Source: Burkholderiales bacterium (GTDB lineage: Bacteria > Pseudomonadota > Gammaproteobacteria > Burkholderiales > Thiobacillaceae). From it: a DNA stretch of 31,780 nt. How positions within the stretch are numbered: position 1 is the first letter of the stretch; every line of letters begins with the position of its first letter. The stretch is taken from assembly GCA_005793645.1 (NCBI GenBank), contig SXRG01000025.1:1-31780 (forward strand), in the 5' to 3' direction. A program made the position numbers and the translations under genes. Under the pieces are notes generated by a model. It was not told where the DNA came from and searched no databases. It saw only the letters and a list, made by a program, of their open reading frames with translations. Positions 9,773 through 17,488 of this stretch are shown here, piece after piece.

Positions 9773-9864
9773 ACAAAGGCCACTGTGTAATGAAAAGAAA
9801 AACGAACAAAAGTCATAGGCCACCATTGTAACGATCCTCCGCCTTGCCGTACGATTCACATACA

Positions 9865-9906
9865 TTGATGGGCATCAATCGATACATCCTTTGTTTTCGA
9901 TAGAAT
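9865..9906 (+). promoter_or_regulatory. Class II FNR/Anr/Dnr-type promoter: perfect box plus -10 hexamer
   Basis: TTGAT-gggc-ATCAA at 9865-9878 (centre 9871.5) and TAGAAT at 9901-9906. This places the box at -41.5 for a transcription start at about 9913, 30 nt before the ATG at 9943. Confidence 0.8.
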
Positions 9907-9942
9907 CAAAGACTACTCTCATCCTCTTATCAAGAATCTGCC

Positions 9943-11106
9943 ATGCCATCCGGTCCCCGCGAAATAACCACCCATTTCCGCCCCATCCCGCTAGATGTTC
10001 CAGATGGCATGAAACCCAACGAGTTTTTCAACAGCGCAGAAAACCTCAATGACCTGATCTACAACAATGGCCTGCTGCAGAATCCGGAAGGCCTCCTGCT
10101 TTATCGCAAGGCCATTGGCCACAGCAATCTGTTCGATGCCTCAATCATCTATAACACCTCGCAGTCCGTGCTTGACCCCCTAGGCCGACCCGTACGGCGC
10201 ACTCAGGTCCCCAAGTCCGTGAAGAATGTCTGGAACCGCATGAACCAGATCCTCTTCGATTACATGCTGGAATGCTACCCAGATCCAGAAAAGCACCTTG
10301 TTCTGGCCGGCGAAGCCAGTCTCGACGCTACCTGGCCACTCACTTCTCCCGGAGTGCCTTCAATCCGCATGTTGCACAACCACTTTATCGTCTTCGACAA
10401 AGAGGAACTGCGGGCCGCGCCGCTGGCCGACGCGGCCAACCCTAACCTGACTGACGGCGGCCAGCACTCGTTATTTCAAGCCAATATGCGCGACCTCTAT
10501 CGCGCCTTCTTCGCCGGACTGGACCTTTCCATCCTGCAACCCTGCCAATCCGGCTCCTGTCGCATCGCCCTCACAGGCTATCCGCAAGGTCTGCCAAGCT
10601 GGGAGATTCAAGGTGGTGAAACAGCCCTCCGGGACCCGCGTTTCTGGAAGGAATATGACACCCTGCTCAAGGGTTTCATCGACTTCTACCGCAGTTTTTT
10701 TAGCCAAGTCTCAACCCGCAACGCACCCCTGCCAAATGACCTGAACTTTCCGCAACTGGTCGAGGACAAGCTCCAGTTCAACAACGACTTCCTCAAAACG
10801 GCGAAGATGGTGCGCGACCGTTGTATCAAGGACGCCAAATACGCCAATGCAATTCGCTGGCAACCCGCCTTCAAACAACTCATCTACCGCAATGATGCCG
10901 GCAATCTGATCGTTACCATCAGTCAAAACTCCATTGGTAACGCCATCACCGAACTGCTCGGCGTCGTCGTCAAACGGATACCAGATGCCGAAGCCTATGC
11001 CCGGGCCGAGCCAGCCCTAATCGAGAAACTCCTCACCGTGCGCCAACGCCTGATTGAAGCCGACCTTGGCGAAGGAATTGCCACTCCATCCTGGGCCGCC
11101 GTGTGA
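9943..11106 (+). CDS. Uncharacterised 387-aa soluble protein with a HIT-like HxH motif
   Basis: Long ORF with normal codon use and no obvious TM segment or signal peptide. Contains PSIRMLHNHFIV. Family not recognised. Confidence 0.85.
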   Translation: MPSGPREITTHFRPIPLDVPDGMKPNEFFNSAENLNDLIYNNGLLQNPEGLLLYRKAIGHSNLFDASIIYNTSQSVLDPLGRPVRRTQVPKSVKNVWNRMNQILFDYMLECYPDPEKHLVLAGEASLDATWPLTSPGVPSIRMLHNHFIVFDKEELRAAPLADAANPNLTDGGQHSLFQANMRDLYRAFFAGLDLSILQPCQSGSCRIALTGYPQGLPSWEIQGGETALRDPRFWKEYDTLLKGFIDFYRSFFSQVSTRNAPLPNDLNFPQLVEDKLQFNNDFLKTAKMVRDRCIKDAKYANAIRWQPAFKQLIYRNDAGNLIVTISQNSIGNAITELLGVVVKRIPDAEAYARAEPALIEKLLTVRQRLIEADLGEGIATPSWAAV

Positions 11107-11645
11107 AAGGATTCCTTGCCCGTCTACTGGACAACAAACCAGAGGCTGCACCACCCCCAAACGCCGCCCAATCTGCCACCAAAGACGGGTTCACAACAGC
11201 GGGCGGGGTCTGGTATTTTGCCAACCCTATTCATCTCGAGGCCCGCATGGAACATCTGGTCCCTAGCGCTGATATTTCGGCCCACCTCGACGCAAACACA
11301 TGGCAGCAACTTGAATCCCTACTGAATACCCATTTCAATAGTGAGGAATTGCGTTTTTTCCTGACCCTGAACCCGACCCCGCAACTTTACCTGCGCGTTA
11401 CTACGCCTTTCGCCCTGACCCCTCTACCCGTCAGCGCAATTCTCGGCCGCCCCATTGCCAGTCACTGGCCCTCGGAGACCGAAGCACGACCTCTAATCAG
11501 GCCCCTCGCACGACTGCTCAACGAGATCCAAATGCTGCTCCATGAACAACCGTTCAACGAAGCGCGTGAGGCGCGTGGCGAGCCACCTATCAACGGCCTA
11601 TGGCTCTGGGATATTCCCGCTCTCCCCGCAGGGTTTAAACTCTAG
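11103..11645 (+). CDS. Shortened homolog of the 'phosphoglycerate-mutase-like/RpfE-type' hypothetical protein
   Basis: ANPIHL and LLNEIQMLLHEQPFNEAREARGEPPINGLWLW motifs. GTGA overlap with the upstream gene. Only 180 aa. Confidence 0.55.
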   Translation: MKGFLARLLDNKPEAAPPPNAAQSATKDGFTTAGGVWYFANPIHLEARMEHLVPSADISAHLDANTWQQLESLLNTHFNSEELRFFLTLNPTPQLYLRVTTPFALTPLPVSAILGRPIASHWPSETEARPLIRPLARLLNEIQMLLHEQPFNEAREARGEPPINGLWLWDIPALPAGFKL

Positions 11646-12404
11646 GGCCATTGCCAGCCGCCCTTCACTTCGCAGCCGAATCCGCGCCAAACGATAATCG
11701 GGGTACAGAGCCTCAACCTCGCGCCAAAAAGCGGGCGAATGGTTGTGTTGACGCAGATGCGCCAGTTCGTGGCAGATCACATAATCGATCAGATCTTCGG
11801 ACATCATCACCAACCGCCAGTTCAAGCCCATCCGCCCTTGTGCCGACAGGCTACCCCAGCGCGTCCGCGCAGCGAACACGCGCAAAGGTGGGGCCACCAC
11901 ACCCATGCGTGCGGCCTGTAGCACTAGGCGGGCAGACAAGACCTCTATCGCCTGACTGCGATACCAATCATGTACGCGACCTGGCACATCCACCCAGGCT
12001 CCAGACACTTTCAGGTTGTTCGCCACCAGACACGGCATAATCAGGCTATCTTCCCGCCAATCCAGGGTCAGCGACCGACCCAACCAGGGGATCGTCATTC
12101 CGTTGCTCCAGACGCGATGCCGCTGCGCAACAGCTTTCAGGCGTTCACGCAACCAAGGCAAATAATGGAGAACAAAATCCTCCACCGCGCTCAAAGGGGT
12201 GTGCTGCGGGGCCTGCACCACGATGTGCCCTGTTTCCTGCACCTGCAATGCAAGGGTACGGCGGGCACTACTGCGCTTCAAATGATAGCGGAGTACGGCC
12301 CCGCCTGTATTCAGGGTACCAATCGACTCACGCCGAACCGTGATTCGCGGCCCTGTGCGCAATGGCACCTTCAATCGCTTCAACCAATCCGACAGCATGA
12401 GCAT
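11598..12404 (-). CDS. M48/YgjP (SprT-like) zinc metalloprotein
   Basis: RTRWGS..., LNWRL..., YVICHELAHL...NHSPAFW (HEXXH). Confidence 0.88.
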   Translation of the reverse strand: MLMLSDWLKRLKVPLRTGPRITVRRESIGTLNTGGAVLRYHLKRSSARRTLALQVQETGHIVVQAPQHTPLSAVEDFVLHYLPWLRERLKAVAQRHRVWSNGMTIPWLGRSLTLDWREDSLIMPCLVANNLKVSGAWVDVPGRVHDWYRSQAIEVLSARLVLQAARMGVVAPPLRVFAARTRWGSLSAQGRMGLNWRLVMMSEDLIDYVICHELAHLRQHNHSPAFWREVEALYPDYRLARIRLRSEGRLAMALEFKPCGESGNIPEP

Positions 12405-12437
12405 CCAAACACGGCTCCAGGCACAAGATTACAAAAT

Positions 12438-12466
12438 TTGACAAAGACACAATGAGGATCTAGCTT
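12438..12466 (+). promoter_or_regulatory. Putative sigma70 promoter for the DUF3330 gene
   Basis: TTGACA (12438-12443), a 17-nt spacer, then TAGCTT (12461-12466). Confidence 0.45.
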
Positions 12467-12527
12467 TGTTGACAGGAGTCGAGAGGTTGTCATTGATCTT
12501 TTCGGTTCCCCAGATGAGGAGATTGTC

Positions 12528-12725
12528 ATGGCACCCAAACCGGAACCTGTCGAACAGATCGCGTGCGCATTGTGCATGAAGGAAATCCCGAGATCCGAAG
12601 CCACTGTAGCCGAGGCGACAGATTATCTACTCTATTTCTGTGGTCTGGACTGTTACGATATTTGGCAGAAAGTACCGCACGAGGACATCGCCCTACCCGC
12701 CCAGTCAACCCATTCAACGCAGTAG
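12528..12725 (+). CDS. DUF3330-family small Cys-rich (TRASH/YHS-like) protein
   Basis: CALCMKEIP...AEATDYLLYFCGLDCY pattern. GAGGAG RBS. Confidence 0.8.
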   Translation: MAPKPEPVEQIACALCMKEIPRSEATVAEATDYLLYFCGLDCYDIWQKVPHEDIALPAQSTHSTQ

Positions 12726-13460
12726 TCAACGCGGCGGTGATAATGTGGCCATTTGGGCCTCGATCCATGCCTCCACCTCGGCATTGATCTCGGCGGGTTT
12801 ACGCCCGATTGTAGCGATGGGTGCACCAATACGCACCGTGATCTCTCCCGCCTGCTTTACCAGCGCGTTTTTTTTCCAACATTCGCCAGCATTGTGGGCC
12901 ACCGGCACCACCGGTACACCTGCTTTGCAGGCCAGCCAAGCGCCACCCACCTGATAATTACCGCGCTCGCCCGGGGCGATGCGTGTCCCCTCCGGGAAAA
13001 CAACCACCCAAAAACCGGCCGCCAGTCGCGCCTGCCCCTGTTCTACGAGCTGCTTGAGGGCCTCGCGTCCCGCACCCCGGTTGATCGCAACCGGACTAAA
13101 CGCCGCCAGGCCCCAGCCAAAAAACGGAATGCGGAGTAATTCACGCTTGAGGACAAACGATAAGGGCGGAAAAATCTGCTGAAAAGCAATCGTTTCCCAA
13201 GCCGACTGATGCTTGGAGAGGATCACAACCGGCTCTGCCGGAATTCCATCCGCCCGAAGGGGTAGGTTTTCCAGCCCTTCTACGCGATAGCGTATGCCCA
13301 GCACCCACCCTGTCAAGGCCATAACCACGGTACTCCAGGTGCGGATCAAGCGATAACGCGTCAGGCGCGGAAAACTAAAGGTGAGAAGCCCCAGTAACCC
13401 ATACGGCAGGGTCAACAGTGTTTGTAGCAACAAAAACAGGATAGAGCGTAATCCGTTCAT
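12726..13460 (-). CDS. plsC: 1-acyl-sn-glycerol-3-phosphate acyltransferase
   Basis: KHQSAWET (HxxxxE variant), FVLKRELL, FPEGTR, VPVAHN. Confidence 0.92.
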   Translation of the reverse strand: MNGLRSILFLLLQTLLTLPYGLLGLLTFSFPRLTRYRLIRTWSTVVMALTGWVLGIRYRVEGLENLPLRADGIPAEPVVILSKHQSAWETIAFQQIFPPLSFVLKRELLRIPFFGWGLAAFSPVAINRGAGREALKQLVEQGQARLAAGFWVVVFPEGTRIAPGERGNYQVGGAWLACKAGVPVVPVAHNAGECWKKNALVKQAGEITVRIGAPIATIGRKPAEINAEVEAWIEAQMATLSPPR

Positions 13461-13471
13461 CTGGCGAACTT

Positions 13472-13798
13472 TCAGGTAATGGATCTCTCGGCAGGGATCT
13501 CCTGCACCAAGACAAACGGGGCGGCCACCACGGCCCAGAAATGCGCACCCGTCGAAGACCAGACCTGTGCCTCTTCCATACTCACTGAGGCCACCTGTCG
13601 CGCCGTCATCCAGTCCTGTAGCGTCAATGCCTCGTCACGCGCAACACAACACGCCACAGCAACCAGATCCAGACCCGCATCGACGCGAATCAAGACACCA
13701 CGCGCAAAGGCACGCTCCAGTTCACCCCAAGAAACCCGTCCCGTCTGGGCGTTGAACAGTGTCTCGAGATCAGCATCCTGAATGACAGGCTCCATCAT
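13472..13798 (-). CDS. DUF2288-family protein
   Basis: WGELERAFARG...LDLVAVA...WAVVAAPFVLVQE pattern. Confidence 0.8.
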   Translation of the reverse strand: MMEPVIQDADLETLFNAQTGRVSWGELERAFARGVLIRVDAGLDLVAVACCVARDEALTLQDWMTARQVASVSMEEAQVWSSTGAHFWAVVAAPFVLVQEIPAERSIT

Positions 13799-14376
13799 GA
13801 GCCACTCCTCGGCGCGTAAGGGACAGCCTGATCCCAAAGACGCTCCCAATCCGAACGGTAACGGAGGGCGATCTCGGGCTGATTCCAAATAACCATAACA
13901 TTTTCCGCATTCCGCTCAGCCGCCGCACGGCTGTAATTGAAGCTACCCAATTCCACGGAATGGCCGTCAATCACCAGATATTTGTTGTGCTGAATGGCAT
14001 GCTTTTCGTCGATGCGCACGCCAATACCCTGATTGGCGAGAAAGGTAGCGGCGCTGTAACGCTCACTGCGTTGACTCTTGTCGAGGACTGCACGAACCTG
14101 AACCCCCTTTTTATGGGCGGTCAGCAAGGCTTGAGCGATCGGTTTGCTAGTAAAAGAATAGGCCGCCACTAGGATGTCCTGCTGCGCAGCACCAATAGCG
14201 CGAATGACCAATGCCTCCGCCCCACCATCGGGTGAAAAGCCGATCTCAACCTGCCCGGTCAAAGGGATGGATCGAGTATCAGGGGCCAGAAAGAGTGATG
14301 TCGGAAAGATCCCGCTGAACACACCACCCAAAGCCATCGCCGCACCAATAAACAGGGAAAACAAGGTCTTTGTCAT
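13795..14376 (-). CDS. Single-HKD phospholipase D superfamily protein (Nuc/Zucchini-like); start may be 14385
   Basis: FSP..G, AAYSFTS, HNKYLVID (HxKxxxxD), GSFNYS, NAEN. N-terminal hydrophobic segment. Confidence 0.88.
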   Translation of the reverse strand: MTKTLFSLFIGAAMALGGVFSGIFPTSLFLAPDTRSIPLTGQVEIGFSPDGGAEALVIRAIGAAQQDILVAAYSFTSKPIAQALLTAHKKGVQVRAVLDKSQRSERYSAATFLANQGIGVRIDEKHAIQHNKYLVIDGHSVELGSFNYSRAAAERNAENVMVIWNQPEIALRYRSDWERLWDQAVPYAPRSGS

Positions 14377-14505
14377 AGGTTCCATTGTCCCGTTTTTTGC
14401 CTCGCTGTGCATCCATGACCGCCACGCAGCGAATCTGGCACAATGAGCATCCCTGTGTATTGAACTAATCTGACTCAATCCAGCCAACCCAGCATGGAGA
14501 TCCCC

Positions 14506-14964
14506 ATGAAACGATTCACTTTATACCTTGCCACCCTGTTCCTGCTCGCCGGATGTAACAGTCTGCCCGTCATCGACGGCCAGAAGGAAGATGTCGACGC
14601 CATCCGCAAACAGTTATTGGGCGAAATGCCACTGCCTTTAGGGGCAAAGATCGATAATGATGCCTCCCTAATCCTAGGCAGCGGCGAAAATTGGACCGGT
14701 CGCGTCGTTCTCAGTATCCCGCTGGGATCTGCGGAGGTCTTCAATTCCATTCGCGAACAATTTCAGGCCAGTGGCTGGGCCTTACTCTCCTCGGTGAAGG
14801 CTAAAAACAGTATCTTGGTCCTGACCCGCCAGGAACGCACCATCACCCTGGAAATCAGCGAAAGTGGCAGCCTCAGCAACAGCAGCCGGGTCCTGCTATC
14901 CGTCGCGCCGCGCAACAACGCGCTACCCTCGCCGCGCCGACCCGATCCTAGTCCCCGCCCATGA
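14506..14964 (+). CDS. Hypothetical lipoprotein
   Basis: MKRFTLYLATLFLLAGC lipobox, GGAG RBS, ATGA overlap with the next gene. Confidence 0.8.
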   Translation: MKRFTLYLATLFLLAGCNSLPVIDGQKEDVDAIRKQLLGEMPLPLGAKIDNDASLILGSGENWTGRVVLSIPLGSAEVFNSIREQFQASGWALLSSVKAKNSILVLTRQERTITLEISESGSLSNSSRVLLSVAPRNNALPSPRRPDPSPRP

Positions 14965-16217
14965 CACCTGAACTGCTTGCCCCGGCCGGTTCATTGGCCA
15001 TGCTAAACACCGCCCTAGCCTTCGGCGCTACTGCCATTTACGCCGGCCAACCGCGTTACAGCCTGCGTGTGCGCAACAACGATTTTGGCGACCTGCCCGT
15101 ACTGGCTGAAGGTATACACCGCGCCCATGCCGTCGGAGCGGCCTTTTATCTTGTCTCCAACATCGTTCCACACGGTGCCAAACTCAAAACCTTCCTTGAC
15201 GACATGGCCCCCGCCATTGCCTTGGAGCCCGATGCGCTAATCATGTCCGATCCCGGTTTAATCATGAAAGTGCGCGAGACCTGGCCCGAGGTTCCGATCC
15301 ATCTTTCGGTCCAGGCCAACACCGTCAATGCAGCCAGCGTCCGCTTCTGGCAGGGAATCGGCCTGTCGCGTGTCATTTTATCGCGTGAACTGTCGCTGGA
15401 CGAAATCTCCGAGATCCGCCAAGACTGTCCCGACATGGAACTGGAGGTATTCATCCATGGTGCCTTGTGCATCGCCTATTCCGGCCGCTGCCTGCTCTCA
15501 GGTTACCTCAACCACCGCGATGCCAACCAAGGAAGCTGCACCAACGCCTGCCGCTGGGATTTTAAACCGCAACCGGCCCGTATCGATGCCGCTGGCGACA
15601 CTTGGGTTATCGAAGAAAAAGAACGCCGCAACGGAGCCTTCAATGTCATCGAAGAAGACACCCATGGCACCTACATTTTCAACTCCAAGGACCTGCGCGC
15701 CATCGAACATGTACAACGATTGATCGCGATCGGTGTCGACTCGCTCAAGATCGAAGGCCGCACCAAGTCACCCTATTATGTGGCGCGGACCACGCAGGCC
15801 TACCGCCAGGCTATCGACGATGCCATCGCCGGACGCAGTCTGAATCCGGCCCTTCTCGGCCAACTTGATGGACTGGCCAATCGGGGCTATACGGACGGTT
15901 TTTTCAAACGTCACACCCCGGCCGATTATCAAAACTATCTAAACGGCCATTCCGAGTCAGGCCGTAGCCGCTATGTTGCCGATGTCATCGACTACGACGC
16001 GGCGCGAGGTCTATGCAAAGTGTATTCAAAGAACCGCTTTGCACTCGGCGACCGACTTGAAGTAATTCAGCCCGAAGGCGTCCGCGAACACCGACTGAAC
16101 CGCATCGAGAATATCCACGGACAACCCCTGGACCTCATTCCGGGTGGAGATCATCACGCCTGGATTGATCTACCTGCCGACAGTGTAGGGGCCTTTATCG
16201 CGCGTTTCACCGCCTGA
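14961..16217 (+). CDS. trhP: U32-family tRNA 5-hydroxyuridine modification protein (YegQ/TrhP)
   Basis: ELLAPAG, RYSLRVRNN, HLSVQAN, HGALCIAYSGRC...CTNACR, KIEGRTKS. Confidence 0.9.
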   Translation: MTPELLAPAGSLAMLNTALAFGATAIYAGQPRYSLRVRNNDFGDLPVLAEGIHRAHAVGAAFYLVSNIVPHGAKLKTFLDDMAPAIALEPDALIMSDPGLIMKVRETWPEVPIHLSVQANTVNAASVRFWQGIGLSRVILSRELSLDEISEIRQDCPDMELEVFIHGALCIAYSGRCLLSGYLNHRDANQGSCTNACRWDFKPQPARIDAAGDTWVIEEKERRNGAFNVIEEDTHGTYIFNSKDLRAIEHVQRLIAIGVDSLKIEGRTKSPYYVARTTQAYRQAIDDAIAGRSLNPALLGQLDGLANRGYTDGFFKRHTPADYQNYLNGHSESGRSRYVADVIDYDAARGLCKVYSKNRFALGDRLEVIQPEGVREHRLNRIENIHGQPLDLIPGGDHHAWIDLPADSVGAFIARFTA

Positions 16218-16224
16218 GCCTGAT

Positions 16225-16252
16225 AAAAAACCGCCGGCGAACCGGCGGTTTT
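16225..16252. terminator. Bidirectional intrinsic terminator between the convergent trhP and rhodanese genes
   Basis: AAAAAA-CCGCCGG-cgaa-CCGGCGG-TTTT: perfect GC stem with A/T tracts on both sides. Confidence 0.9.
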
Positions 16253-16274
16253 GAATGACCACGAAAACATCGGA

Positions 16275-17477
16275 CTACTTCTTCTCAACAATCTTTGCAC
16301 TTCCATCCTTCTTGAAGTCAATGTCAGCGTTAAGAAACCAGGTCTTCAGTTCAGAACGCAACAACTTGGCCATGTCGTGTGCCTCGCCACCACGCCCACC
16401 CGCACCGCAGAAGAAAACGATAGGTTTATCTGCCGGCAGAGTGTCCATGCGTTTTTCTAGGGTATTGATCGGTACATTGCTCGCCCCTTTAATGCTTCCG
16501 GCGGCAAATTCATGCGGGTCACGCACATCGATCAGGCGCATACTGTCCGGCTCGGTAGCAAGCAATTTCTCAAAGGCGCTCACCTGAAGAGAACCCGGTT
16601 CCTTGCCCGCAATAAAGCTCGTCACAGCTGCCACCGGGGCAACCACGACAGCCGCAGCCGAAGCTACAGGCGCAACCGGTACAGCTGCGACAGTCGGCCC
16701 GGCACCATAAGCGGCCACCCATCCCGGATAGCCTTCCGGCACGATCTTCACCGCCTTGTAGCCAAGTGCCACAGCCTTCTCCGCCGAATGAGAACTCAGC
16801 ACACAGGACATCCCCTCACAGTAGAAATAAAGGGGTATGGTCTTGTCAGCCGGCAACTTGTCGACCATCTTGTCGAAGGCGCTGTCCGGGATACTAATGG
16901 CACTGGGAATATGCCCCTTGTCGTACTTGCGCTCCTTGGGCCGCGAATCAACCAACAGCATAGGAACCTTGTCGTCTATCTGTTTCTTGATGAAGGCCAC
17001 GCTAACGGCACCCATATTACCCTTAGCAATCCAGTCCGGATAACCCGCAGCATAGACCTTCACATTCGTATAACCCCGCTTTTCCGCCTTGAAGGCCGAA
17101 TTGTGACTGAGCACGCATTTCTCTCCTTCACAATAAAAGATCAGCAAGGTGCCCTTATCAGCCGGCAACAGGTCAGCCATCTTCTCAAAGGCGCTATCCG
17201 GGATATTGACAGCCGTCGGGATATGCCCAGGATCAAACTTACGACCAGCCGGGCGTGAATCGATAATCATGACCCCTTGTGGTTTAGGCAGAACAGCGTA
17301 CTTGGCAACGAACGCCATATCTACAAGGCTATGAAATTTCACCATAACTGGCTCAGCGGCCACGGCTGCCGCCGATGTCTCAACCGCCGGCTTTGCCGCT
17401 ACCGGAGAGGTCTTGGTTGGGGACGAACAGCCCATGGCCATTGCCAACACCAAAGCACTCAACAAAAACCGTTTCAT
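16275..17477 (-). CDS. Lipoprotein with three rhodanese (sulfurtransferase) domains
   Basis: Lipobox-like LAMAMGC. Domains carry D(S/V)R and GHIP/GSIK motifs with active loops FYCEGEKC, FYCEGMSC and FFCGAGGRG. The AAGGAG RBS favours the 17477 start over 17492. Confidence 0.9.
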   Translation of the reverse strand: MKRFLLSALVLAMAMGCSSPTKTSPVAAKPAVETSAAAVAAEPVMVKFHSLVDMAFVAKYAVLPKPQGVMIIDSRPAGRKFDPGHIPTAVNIPDSAFEKMADLLPADKGTLLIFYCEGEKCVLSHNSAFKAEKRGYTNVKVYAAGYPDWIAKGNMGAVSVAFIKKQIDDKVPMLLVDSRPKERKYDKGHIPSAISIPDSAFDKMVDKLPADKTIPLYFYCEGMSCVLSSHSAEKAVALGYKAVKIVPEGYPGWVAAYGAGPTVAAVPVAPVASAAAVVVAPVAAVTSFIAGKEPGSLQVSAFEKLLATEPDSMRLIDVRDPHEFAAGSIKGASNVPINTLEKRMDTLPADKPIVFFCGAGGRGGEAHDMAKLLRSELKTWFLNADIDFKKDGSAKIVEKK

Positions 17478-17488
17478 GACAGTCTCCT

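Noticed and set aside
14436-14452. TGGCAC resembling a sigma54 -24 element
   Set aside because: No GC at the required GG-N10-GC spacing.
16512-17258. Long antisense or alternate-frame ORFs (for example 16512-17258 +, 2148-2792 +, 20564-21091 +)
   Set aside because: They are shadows of well-supported genes in GC-rich DNA and have no motifs or RBS.
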